Below, in pieces: positions 48,501 through 56,723 of a stretch of 64,000 nucleotides of DNA. The translations under genes and the position numbers were made by a program. Source of the DNA: a virus; IMG/VR virus record IMGVR_UViG_3300031368_000001, positions 44,286 to 108,285 of that record; one strand, given 5' to 3'. Every line of letters begins with the position of its first letter. The first letter of the stretch is position 1. Under the pieces are notes generated by a model that saw only the letters and a program-made list of their open reading frames with translations, was not told the DNA's origin and did no database searches.

Positions 48501-48737
48501 TTTCGCTATCTCACTCAGCATTTTTGCTTCAAGATCGAGATCAGTTTCTTTAAATGGCAAAGACTTTTTTCGTTTTTTGAGCTCTGCTTTAATTAACAGA
48601 AATTTATTTATAATTTTTTCATCCTGGGAATTAAGATGATCAGCTTTCCATTTAGTATAATCTTCACGGAGTTTCTCAACCTCTGCTCTTAGTTGGGTGA
48701 CTGACTTTTTAGTGTCTGATAATTCATCAAGATTCAT
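45522..48737 (-). CDS. multidomain ATP-dependent DNA ligase-like protein (Zn finger + minimal nucleotidyltransferase-like + ligase adenylation/OB) containing an intein
   Basis: After splicing: FPVY|SSRKADG (motif I), LLAEA (III), VYDMI (IIIa), SEGNVAK (IV), WIKY (V); N-terminal CKYC...CDNH and VGGI...NDADILL. Confidence 0.8.
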   Translation of the reverse strand: MNLDELSDTKKSVTQLRAEVEKLREDYTKWKADHLNSQDEKIINKFLLIKAELKKRKKSLPFKETDLDLEAKMLSEIAKIKTLPIIPTEHTFRESSLQRPHKCKYCSKSATLAIVWAEGRAFIPVCDNHKEKAIYQIEKINHDKVKEILPLPEKDAEYAPVGPSGEKLGTVIQLKDIEPYFKDFEVCDPVSWIVGGIITHPEGTKNDADILLTIPSEEELKRIIEFRIHRMFPKNLQNRLQLLTEEKGGMSPFTSYLPLYRLIMERIPDAEIVKMEELDVGELDVKAEIKLRTKNTNKQQAEANKAAKNDKVTFNEFILAMKPKRGFLPGQAQSLESFLSLWTDDQFPVYCFHRDTIVWGKKFKKIQEIQIGDKVYSKSGKLQEVLGIFSTIDDRSLRKIKLLNQQDPLICSADHKFLAIKSQKCSWSNRKHLVCRKNCGEQKYGCQHRYKNYKAKWIEANSLETGDFLAIPKIRNQIKKFSFNFAKISGLKSLTRGKGYIQKNEVIDFFNFRIHGESDLYRLFGLYLAEGDAGGGKGIGFSFGLHETDLIEETSYLCEKYFRSPKIYYLDHACRIQLNSTVLSRAFAKLFNTGARNKKIPDFVFHLSKEQLLAFLYGYWRGDGALHASGFRFSTHSETIANQLLVLLNQLNLLAVKYRTSPKSFELNGYKSSSLGGWEVVVTGKQIERIKWPEIKDPPLRSYQKWWDDEEYFWIPILDIEFLSRNKEELFNIQTEDESYIPGVIAHNSSRKADGINTEWHISKDGKVIVYTEDGVDETSSFPQTIEEAKKLSPGHDMILLAEAEWWEDGQHYPREVAAGNIHKINPNEDGIILNVYDMIFYDKDIHKNPFEERRELLQKLNFPQKTELPDPKHNWNLIPHTKNENREELKKETERLRKLDGSEGNVAKQASSSYDLKNRRKNLWIKYHVSTIFTATVLNSLETKTKEVYNLEYGILAGNRVIEEKDTREINGKKAVHVGKSFSTKENPAEGSGILIEAETINVTYDARSKTFDLSAWAPRMLGITNKKPQTIDEIERQAIKDHVFQAKIIDKKGKIHYLPGKSGEEVVSK
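46494..47687 (-). mobile_element. intein with LAGLIDADG homing endonuclease (398 aa)
   Basis: Starts CFHRDTIV, block B CSADHKFL, LFGLYLAEGD and FLYGYWRGDG motifs, ends LFNIQTEDESY...AHN followed by Ser. Confidence 0.92.
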
Positions 48738-50374
48738 TATTTTTTTAACTCCTCCACTAATTGTTTTAATGCCTCACCAAAGACCTCCTCGATATTTTCA
48801 GGCTTAATCCTTACTTCTATATAGGTCTTGACTTTTTTTGCCAGTCTGAATGCTTTTTTATCATCAAATTTATCTTTTAGTATTTTTTTGATGGGGCCTA
48901 CATTTATGGGCTCTGGAGATTGTTTTCTCTCATAATTTTTCAACACAGAACTCTTTACACGTTCAAAAGTTTTCTTAAGCTCTGCAGTAACTTCGGTTTC
49001 TTCTGGAACTATTTCCTTTTTTGGTTTTTCCGGAACTATCTTTTTTTCCGGAACTATCTTTTCTTCCGGAATTATTGGTGCACCTATTAGCTCTTCAGGA
49101 ACTTCTTCAGGAACTTCTTCAGGAACTTCTTCAGGAATTGGTTCCGTTGGCTTTTCAGGAATCTTAGCTATCGGTACTTTCTTTCTAGCAATCTCTGTAT
49201 CTTTTCCAGTAAATGTTTTCATTATAAACTGAGGATAGATATCGGTAACAAAATTGAAGTCAACGAGTCTCCTTACCAGTTGTTGCTGTATTACATCCGA
49301 AATTTCAACTACATCTGCCTCTACCCTCTCACGTCTGACTTCAGAGTGCGCCCTAGATAATGCATAAGAACCGCGCCTGCCTTCTTCCACGGTCTGAGTT
49401 GCACCAAGTATAGCTTTTGATATTTCAGCATTGCATGCATCGGCAAGATCTCGATAAGAAACAGTTCCTGCATGAGAAGCTTCCAGAAAAGAAATATTCA
49501 TTCCATCTGGAATTATTATTCCAGTCTCTTCCTGAATTGTTTCTACTATATCAAGGAGTTTTGTTTGCTCCGAGGGCTTTGTACTCTTTGGATATTTTCC
49601 AACTGCAGTTGGTGTACCATATTTATTAAGGAAAACAATCCAGGATTTCCATCCTTCTTTCTTAAACCAGTAAAAGTAATAACATGGTTTAAAAGCAGCT
49701 TTTCCATATAAATTATCTTCAGCATCATAAGCAAAATGAATAATTTTTTCCCAGGGAACAGGTTTACCCCGCATTACCGAATCTCCAAAAAGAACTACGC
49801 TCTCATCAGATTTATGCCAACGTTTATCTTTGAAAAACCAATATTTTTGTTTGTGAAAAAGTAGCTCATCAAGCATATACTTGCCTTTCCATCTTCCTTT
49901 TTCAACTAACTTCCATACAATTTCCAGGATAGAAAATCCCTTACCAATTGCATCGAGAAGTTGTTTAATGTCCTCTGCAAAAGTACCTTTACAATCATCA
50001 ATCGCGGTAAAAACAAAATCAGCAATTTCTCTTGCCCGATCACTATCATCACCAGGATAAATTTCCCATGGTGTCATTGCTATAGCAAGTTTACGAGTTT
50101 GATATACAGAATAAACATGGGTATCCTTAGCCTCCATCTCATCATAAATTTTAACCCCTTGTTTTTTCAGGATTTCATCTGGATTTGCATCAGCAGCTCC
50201 CAGAATTCCAGCCATGCTTTTTATGCTGGTAGTATCAATTGTATCTGTGGGAGGTTTCTTGATATCTGCTGTTTTATCAGATTTTGTTTTGTCAGATTCT
50301 TTGAATCGTGATAATAATCCTTTTGATAATAGCCCCTTTGGTAAAAAATTCACAAACGTTGAGCGGAGTGTCAT
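48737..50374 (-). CDS. portal protein (DUF935, Mu gp29-like)
   Basis: IYDEME.KD.HV...TRKLAI, LLDAIGKGFSILEIVW, KYGTP..VGKY, NAEISKAILG.T, GSYALS..H.EVR; follows terL. Confidence 0.9.
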   Translation of the reverse strand: MTLRSTFVNFLPKGLLSKGLLSRFKESDKTKSDKTADIKKPPTDTIDTTSIKSMAGILGAADANPDEILKKQGVKIYDEMEAKDTHVYSVYQTRKLAIAMTPWEIYPGDDSDRAREIADFVFTAIDDCKGTFAEDIKQLLDAIGKGFSILEIVWKLVEKGRWKGKYMLDELLFHKQKYWFFKDKRWHKSDESVVLFGDSVMRGKPVPWEKIIHFAYDAEDNLYGKAAFKPCYYFYWFKKEGWKSWIVFLNKYGTPTAVGKYPKSTKPSEQTKLLDIVETIQEETGIIIPDGMNISFLEASHAGTVSYRDLADACNAEISKAILGATQTVEEGRRGSYALSRAHSEVRRERVEADVVEISDVIQQQLVRRLVDFNFVTDIYPQFIMKTFTGKDTEIARKKVPIAKIPEKPTEPIPEEVPEEVPEEVPEELIGAPIIPEEKIVPEKKIVPEKPKKEIVPEETEVTAELKKTFERVKSSVLKNYERKQSPEPINVGPIKKILKDKFDDKKAFRLAKKVKTYIEVRIKPENIEEVFGEALKQLVEELKK

Positions 50375-50387
50375 GATAGTACCTCCA

Positions 50388-51836
50388 TTAATATTCTTCT
50401 AATCCAGCAAAAATTTCACGTTTTTTTCCAGTTGTTTGATATTCAATACTACTTTCAGCTGTTGACTGTAAAGCATCATTAGCGAGAGCGGTTGAAAATA
50501 AAAAGTCATCTTCAGCGCCTTCTTCTCCTGGTTTATGAACTGTCAGCAATTTTCCTTTTACTTCCTGTTCTGCATCAAGAAATTGTCTAATAAAATTTCT
50601 GGCTTCCGGACTCTCGTCATCAAAGTACTGAAATCTGGAAGGCACTGCTGTTATCTCTGTATGAAGATTTGTAAAAATCTTATCTTTGTAAGGTGCAGAC
50701 ATAAATTTATGGTGAACCACATCATCTCCAAATTCTGCTGCTAATCTTGTTGTTAAAGGATCTCCAGAACCAGTTGACTCAGAGAAAATTGTTTGAATAT
50801 TAGGATATTCATTTAAAAATGGAATTATATATTGAAACTGATAATCCCAATCGCCTTTAATCTCAAATAAATCTACAACAGCCGCAAGTTCTTGTTTACC
50901 TTCAAGTACAGTTATCGTAGTTGCAGAAGTAACTTTACCCCAATCGACTCCAGCTACAAGTCGTCCACCATCAGAATTTCGCTTACCTGATCCTAGTTTT
51001 AGAAACTGAGCAAAGTCAATGAAATGTCCTTCTGCAATTAACCATTCAAGCAAATAATTCATCCTGAAGAATGGATTCTTTACTCCACCAGGCAGGCGAT
51101 CAATCTCTGCGTCTATATACGAAGCATAATCTTTCGAGTAGGGGATGACCCCAGTATAAGGAATTTCTTGATGGAGATGAGGGAATTTACGTTTATTGTA
51201 ATCAATAGCAGTAAGGAAGGGACATTTCTTCCGTCCGGGTGTTCCGGTAAGGCTCAGAAGCCCATCAACGTGTGCAATCATTGGACTTAGTATCTTGTAG
51301 AGAGAGAAAGGACTCAGCAGACTTGCTTCGTCCACCAAAAGTATTTCAGCGCCTGGTCCTTCGTTAGCTGCTGTTTCAGAACCGCTAAAAGCAGTAGATG
51401 TCGAACCATTTGACAGTTCAAATTGAACTGAGTTTGAGGCGATTACCTGTAAATCTAACGAGTTAAGAATATCGGTAAATTTTTTTTGTCTAGCTTGTCT
51501 TCGCAGTCGAATAAATGGAATTTTAGCTATACTTTCTTTCGGACCAGCAAAGGCTATATTTATCCCGTCTCTAAAAAGTTTTAGGCGTGGAAATTCTTTT
51601 GCCAGATAGGTCTTAGCAAGCTCAGGCAAAAGTGTCATTAGCGAAAGCATTGTGGCTTTAAGCATCTCGCTCTTCCCACTTTTTCTCGACCAAAGCGTTG
51701 ACCATTGTCCGGGCTCATGTAACACAACAGCTTTAACTATCTGGCCAGCCCGTTTTCGTTGATATGGTCTGTACTTAAAACCATTAATTTTTTCGCCAAA
51801 ATTTAAAATTTTGTTTACAAGGTTATTGATTCTCAT
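50388..51836 (-). CDS. terL: terminase large subunit
   Basis: RPYQ, WSRKSGKSE (Walker A), LLVDEAS (Walker B), LTGTP, AGVDWGK, DDFLFSTALA. Confidence 0.9.
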   Translation of the reverse strand: MRINNLVNKILNFGEKINGFKYRPYQRKRAGQIVKAVVLHEPGQWSTLWSRKSGKSEMLKATMLSLMTLLPELAKTYLAKEFPRLKLFRDGINIAFAGPKESIAKIPFIRLRRQARQKKFTDILNSLDLQVIASNSVQFELSNGSTSTAFSGSETAANEGPGAEILLVDEASLLSPFSLYKILSPMIAHVDGLLSLTGTPGRKKCPFLTAIDYNKRKFPHLHQEIPYTGVIPYSKDYASYIDAEIDRLPGGVKNPFFRMNYLLEWLIAEGHFIDFAQFLKLGSGKRNSDGGRLVAGVDWGKVTSATTITVLEGKQELAAVVDLFEIKGDWDYQFQYIIPFLNEYPNIQTIFSESTGSGDPLTTRLAAEFGDDVVHHKFMSAPYKDKIFTNLHTEITAVPSRFQYFDDESPEARNFIRQFLDAEQEVKGKLLTVHKPGEEGAEDDFLFSTALANDALQSTAESSIEYQTTGKKREIFAGLEEY

Positions 51837-51853
51837 TGTTAGCTATAATTTTT

Positions 51854-52255
51854 TCAGATTCGTTTTTTTTCAGACTCATCTTCTTCGAGTTCATCTTTGT
51901 CTTCTCCATCTCCCATAATTTTGAGCAGCTCACTCTCCGGATCAGTTTTTTCTTTTTCTAGACTTTCAAGATGGGTTGTAGCACGTTCAAAAACATTCAT
52001 TGCATCTTTCATAGATGTAAAACCTTTTCCTTTTAAGTATTCAAGAGCATTTTTAGCTATGTCCTTCCAGACCATTTCTTGTTCTTTGAAATCTTTATAA
52101 TCCGAAATTTTTTTCCAACCAAACTTCTTTACCCATTCATAAATCGTATTTATACGCTGGATACTGAGCTGTTTCGCAATTTTCGGAGCAGTTATTCCGC
52201 GTTCAAACAAAACTTTTGCTTGTTGAATCAAAGATTCAGAATATTTTTTTGTCAT
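51854..52255 (-). CDS. terS: terminase small subunit (N-terminal HTH)
   Basis: AKVLFERG.T..KIAKQLSI...TIYEWVKKFGW; directly upstream of terL. Confidence 0.75.
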   Translation of the reverse strand: MTKKYSESLIQQAKVLFERGITAPKIAKQLSIQRINTIYEWVKKFGWKKISDYKDFKEQEMVWKDIAKNALEYLKGKGFTSMKDAMNVFERATTHLESLEKEKTDPESELLKIMGDGEDKDELEEDESEKKRI

Positions 52256-52692
52256 GTTTTTAGTTTTTTTACTATAGTGACTTTTTTTTAAATAACTGAG
52301 TTGAAAGAAAAAGGCAAGAAATAAGTTATAGGGGGGTAGTTAAGAGAAGTAGTTAAGATAAAAATGGATAGTTTTGATTGAGGTAATAATTAAGATGGAT
52401 GAACGAGACGGAGTGAGCAAAATGGGTGATTGAGGTAGATGAACGAAATAAATGAGCGAGGTAGATGAGCAAGGTAGATGAGTGTATATAGCAATTGAAC
52501 TGGCAGACGTGACATCCAGTCTTGTCGAAAGGAGTCTAACCCAAGCCAAACATTTTTACAGCACAAACCTGAATCAGCCCGCATTGCTACCAACGAGATA
52601 AAAATGATTGTGCCTAACCTCTAGGGAGAGGGTGAAGTGGAAAATTATTATAAAGAATTTAATTTATTAGTATATTTTTGAGCATTGTTTTA

Positions 52693-52917
52693 TTATATTT
52701 CAATAAGCTCAAGTTCAACAATCTTTTTATCATGATTCCATTTTAATTCATCCAAATACTTTTGTGCTAGTCCTTTATCCTTAAAGGCCGGATGAAAAGT
52801 CTCCATTCCAATTCCTTCCACTACGGAGTGAAGATATTGACATATGCTAAGTTCACTACGATAATCTCCATGTCCAGAATTTTCATTTTTGAGCGTCGCT
52901 ATTGCATAAATTTTCAT
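52693..52917 (-). CDS. hypothetical protein
   Basis: AAGGA RBS before MKIYAI. Confidence 0.55.
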   Translation of the reverse strand: MKIYAIATLKNENSGHGDYRSELSICQYLHSVVEGIGMETFHPAFKDKGLAQKYLDELKWNHDKKIVELELIEI

Positions 52918-52940
52918 ATCGTTGTATCCTTTTTTCTTAA

Positions 52941-53072
52941 TGGAGAGCACCTAGTTTTTTTAATGATAGGCTCTTCACCATCTCATCTGGTCCCTGACAC
53001 CTAAACCTTGTAATGTCGTGTCAGAACGTATTCAAGGTTTGAATCGACCAAGCAAAAATTAAGCGCTCTCCA
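52941..53072 (-). ncRNA. candidate structured ncRNA with pseudoknot
   Basis: Terminal stem TGGAGAGC/GCTCTCCA; TGGTC/GACCA enclosing crossed helices CTGACAC/GTGTCAG and AAACCTTG/CAAGGTTT. Confidence 0.55.
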
Positions 53073-53084
53073 GAATATTTTAAG

Positions 53085-53158
53085 TCCGGGTGGCTGGATT
53101 TGAACCAGCGACTTTCTGCTCCCAAAGCAGGCGCTCAACCAGACTGAGCTACACCCAG
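53085..53158 (-). tRNA. trnP: tRNA-Pro(TGG)
   Basis: CTGGGTGTAGCTCAGTCTGGTTGAGCGCCTGCTTTGGGAGCAGAAAGTCGCTGGTTCAAATCCAGCCACCCGGA; CCA not encoded. Confidence 0.93.
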
Positions 53159-53325
53159 ATATTATCGTTTTCTTTTCTGAGTTTTGAAATTTGTATGGTC
53201 TAATGGTGTTCTATCAACCAAATCGTCTAGTAGATCTATTATCGTTTGTAACTGACGCCCAATGATAATAGTTAGTACACCTATATAAACTGCACACAGA
53301 ATAATTATGAAAAAAATCTGATTAC

Positions 53326-53655
53326 TCATTTCTTCTTCCTCTTCTTCAACCGCTTCTTTTCCAACTTAGTTTTTCCGACCCAGGCTTTCAAGGTACTCTT
53401 CTTTTCCAAAGATCTAAATGCAGTCTTATCAATCCCATACTTCTTAAATAACTTTTCTCTAAAATCATCAGCATTGTAATCTAAAGTAAAACAAACTCCA
53501 CGAAATGTGTTAATATCAATTTCATCGCTTAAGAACCATCGCAGAGCACTCTTCCGAATTCTGCTGCTTGGTGAAGACAAATCCTTTATTGCTCTTTTTA
53601 GTACTGCTGTCCAAGTCCATTTATAAAATTCATGATACAAGTAGTATTGACCCAA
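53326..53655 (-). CDS. conserved phage hypothetical protein
   Basis: W.AVL..AI.D......A..WF......TF..VC..L motif. Confidence 0.65.
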   Translation of the reverse strand: MGQYYLYHEFYKWTWTAVLKRAIKDLSSPSSRIRKSALRWFLSDEIDINTFRGVCFTLDYNADDFREKLFKKYGIDKTAFRSLEKKSTLKAWVGKTKLEKKRLKKRKKK

Positions 53656-53932
53656 GAAAAGTTATAGCTAGCATTCATATAACTTTTTTTCACTCAAGTC
53701 AAATTCTGACAGTTATTTAAATGGTCGGCATTATATCATTTAATTTTTTTGAGTATTCAAGCTCTGTAATTTTAAAGTGCATTCGGAATTTTTTTCGCCC
53801 ATATGTAACTACCACTCGAGCATATGGTGGTTTTAAAAACTCCACATATCCTGATCGAGAAAGATTTGATGCTGTACCAAGTATTGCTGGAAATGTAACC
53901 CAATCACCTTCTTTTATATTTACGTTATTTAT

Positions 53933-54316
53933 TTATTTCTCCTTCAAACTTTCCTTGAGTTTCTCCCCGTAATCTACTTTTTGTTTAGCTCGATCTTTTA
54001 TCTCTTGCGGAATTTCCCATTCTAAGTTGTTTTTTTCTGGAATTACTTCTAGTATTTTTCTTAAAGTCTTTTTCTCAATTCCGAGAAACTTGCAGAAGTC
54101 TATAAAACTTATGCTTTCTCCTTTGATGGTGGAAATAATATCATACCAGCCGGAAAAAGAAAGTTCCTCTTTAGATTTATTATAAGATACTCTTATCCCA
54201 GAACTAGAATCTATAAAAAAGCTTAGCCGTTGCTTAGTCTCGATTATCATCGTATTTTTTTGCGCGAAGCGTTTTTCGTATTTTTCTTTTAATAACCCTA
54301 AATTCGTCTGCATCAA
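53933..54316 (-). CDS. hypothetical protein
   Basis: 127-aa ORF. Confidence 0.5.
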   Translation of the reverse strand: MMQTNLGLLKEKYEKRFAQKNTMIIETKQRLSFFIDSSSGIRVSYNKSKEELSFSGWYDIISTIKGESISFIDFCKFLGIEKKTLRKILEVIPEKNNLEWEIPQEIKDRAKQKVDYGEKLKESLKEK

Positions 54317-54498
54317 TCCAAAGATTCAAAGTTTTTCCAATAAAAGCTCTAACATCTTTTCTTTTTGATTTACAAAGAATCTCAATATATTCAGTTGTCA
54401 GAGCTTCAATCCAATTACTTTTGGTTAGACCAAGTACTTTGACTTTCATTATTCTTCGACTTGTTTTTTTGTTATTCCTCGATCTTACTTTTTTTTTG

Positions 54499-54687
54499 TT
54501 ATTCCTCAGCTCCACCTTTCATAACATCCTCAATATAAAAGATCGAGAGGGTAATGTTTTCTTCACATTCACTTTGTGTAGTAAACTTTACTTTAATATC
54601 AGGATGATCTGAAAACCATTCATTAACCATCTCTTCAAAAGTCTTTGTTCTATCTACATCAGCTGTAAAAAATATTTTGACATTCAT
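54499..54687 (-). CDS. hypothetical protein
   Basis: 62-aa ORF with GGAGG RBS. Confidence 0.55.
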   Translation of the reverse strand: MNVKIFFTADVDRTKTFEEMVNEWFSDHPDIKVKFTTQSECEENITLSIFYIEDVMKGGAEE

Positions 54688-54961
54688 TTTTCCTCCTTTT
54701 GCGGAAGCATATAATCTTTAATTTTTTGTGAAAGAAGAGGAGTAAGTTCATATCCATTCTTTTCAAGCCAGTGAAATCTTTCTATTACAACTTCGTTGAT
54801 CTTTAATTGTGAACGCCAGATCGGGATATCAGGACTCTTTTTCAGTAGAGCATTATTGATATCAACTTGCAAATTCCAGCTGGACTTATTTTGATAGCTG
54901 AAATAGAAAAGGATTCCGATTAGGATAAAGACAATAACAAAAAGGATTCTTTGTTCTGAAA

Positions 54962-55315
54962 TTATATTATATTTTCTCTCCATAATTCTTCTTCCTTTAT
55001 AATATGCTTCCCCGCATGACACTTCTCACACAAAACCTCACTGTTACTAACATCCCATAATTCTCTACACTTCCTGGCATCTTTCAAAGTTAATATTTTT
55101 TTTTCATCAATTATTTTACTCAATGATTTTTTATGATGAACCTGAATTAACTTTCTTCTCCCGCAGCTCTGACATTTACCTCGATCTCTTTCCAGTATTT
55201 TTACCGCCCATTCTACATACTCCCTGGAGAGGCGAATTTTGCCTGCTATACTCCTGGTTTTATTCAGAGTGTGTGAATCAAGAATTCGGATTCCGTGTTT
55301 ATTGAAAACGAGCAT
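54962..55315 (-). CDS. HNH endonuclease
   Basis: W...ILERDRGKCQSCG....QVHHK...N.EVLCEKCH...H. Confidence 0.88.
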   Translation of the reverse strand: MLVFNKHGIRILDSHTLNKTRSIAGKIRLSREYVEWAVKILERDRGKCQSCGRRKLIQVHHKKSLSKIIDEKKILTLKDARKCRELWDVSNSEVLCEKCHAGKHIIKEEELWRENII

Positions 55316-55317
55316 GT

Positions 55318-55785
55318 TTAATAAAATATTATTCTCAATAGATCTTTAGCTGTCATATTTCGTTCTTTAGGATCAGTAATTTTGTATCTATTATTCAAAA
55401 ACATTGTCATGTCATTAATGTAGATACGCTCAAGATCTTTATCAGTTTCAAGGGCATCGTGTATTACTTTTCGGGCATTCGTGATATCCTGTTTTTCTAC
55501 AGAGTTTTTCAGATTAGAAAATCTCATTTTAGAAACTGTCTGATTTATGATTTTCTGTGCTGTTTCTACTGCTTTTAATACCGATTCCTTTCCGTGCTTG
55601 AACCCATGCTCAAAAGCTGTTTTGTAATGAAATTCAATAACGGCTAGTTTCTTTTCTTCTGTGCTAAAAGGTTCAGCTGGTTCTTCACCTGCTATCAATA
55701 CTCCTTTTACATAATTCCAGTGTTCATCACATAATTTTTTAACTTCTGCTTTTAAAGTTTCTGGGTCTTTAGTTTTCTCTTCCAT
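55318..55785 (-). CDS. hypothetical protein
   Basis: 155-aa ORF with GGGGAG RBS. Confidence 0.65.
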   Translation of the reverse strand: MEEKTKDPETLKAEVKKLCDEHWNYVKGVLIAGEEPAEPFSTEEKKLAVIEFHYKTAFEHGFKHGKESVLKAVETAQKIINQTVSKMRFSNLKNSVEKQDITNARKVIHDALETDKDLERIYINDMTMFLNNRYKITDPKERNMTAKDLLRIIFY

Positions 55786-55802
55786 ACTAATTCTCCCCTT
55801 CT

Positions 55803-56036
55803 TTATCCTACTACAAATCTATTTCGTCTTAGCATATCTTCATTTTGTTCATCCGTAAACTTATCCCATCCTACCTTATTACGTATTTCCTCAGCTTCAA
55901 TAGGGTCTGCTGATTCAACATAATTCGCTAAGGCTTCACGGTAATCTTCTTCTGTTTCTTCTGAATCAAGCTTTCTGAATTTGTGAACTCTTGCAGCCAT
56001 TTTTAGGCTCTTCATATCTGAAAAATTCATAGGCAT
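55803..56036 (-). CDS. hypothetical protein
   Basis: 77-aa ORF in the operon. Confidence 0.6.
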   Translation of the reverse strand: MPMNFSDMKSLKMAARVHKFRKLDSEETEEDYREALANYVESADPIEAEEIRNKVGWDKFTDEQNEDMLRRNRFVVG

Positions 56037-56435
56037 AATTTAATTTTCCTTTTTAAATATTGTCTCAACAAAATTTAATTGTGATAACAACTCTTTGCGA
56101 AGCTCATGCATTTTATCGTATTCTGCTGTAGGGTAATCACTAAGTCCTACTTGACCATAAACAAGTGAGTTATACTTCACGTAGGCCTCAACAAATTCAA
56201 TCAGAACTTCTCCTAATGTCATGTCTTTAGGTTTCATCTCAAAATCCTTTCTTTAACAAAATCATTCGCCATCCAAACAATAATGGTATGTGTTTCTTAT
56301 AACCATAACGCTCAGAAAAAAATAATGGTGTTTGTCCAAAGGCTAGTTCATAATTTTTTTTAATTCGGATCCAGATCAATTTCTGGCTTATGAACCCATA
56401 GAGTAGTTTCCAGTTAAAATCTTTCATAGAGTTTT

Positions 56436-56687
56436 CTAGTATCCTTTTGATATTCTCTGATCACCTCTCCATTCATTTTCGGGTAGCATTTCGCCTATCG
56501 AACCTCGTCGATTATATAACTGAGTAGGTGTTGGCAATCCATGTAGGTAGTTTTCTCTGGTACAAAATTCATAAGCCTTCTCGTATCCCTTATCCCAGAC
56601 CTCAGTGCATTTTTTATGCCAGGTGGAATTGAATCCTGTTCTCTGCCAAGGCCAAATTGTTTTTTTACATGCAAAACATTTATTCAT
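56436..56687 (-). CDS. hypothetical protein
   Basis: 83-aa ORF, CFACKKTIWPWQ. Confidence 0.6.
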   Translation of the reverse strand: MNKCFACKKTIWPWQRTGFNSTWHKKCTEVWDKGYEKAYEFCTRENYLHGLPTPTQLYNRRGSIGEMLPENEWRGDQRISKGY

Positions 56688-56723
56688 AGCTATTTTTCTC
56701 CTCTATCTTATCAAATATTTCCT

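Noticed and set aside
22304-52291. Numerous short plus-strand ORFs in the ORF track
   Set aside because: Antisense shadows of long minus-strand genes, without RBS or recognisable motifs
52941-53072. Theta/HDV-like or hammerhead ribozyme after the tRNA
   Set aside because: No P3/P1.1/J4-2 catalytic arrangement; CAGATGAG lacks the CTGATGA...GAAA core; kept only as an unassigned ncRNA
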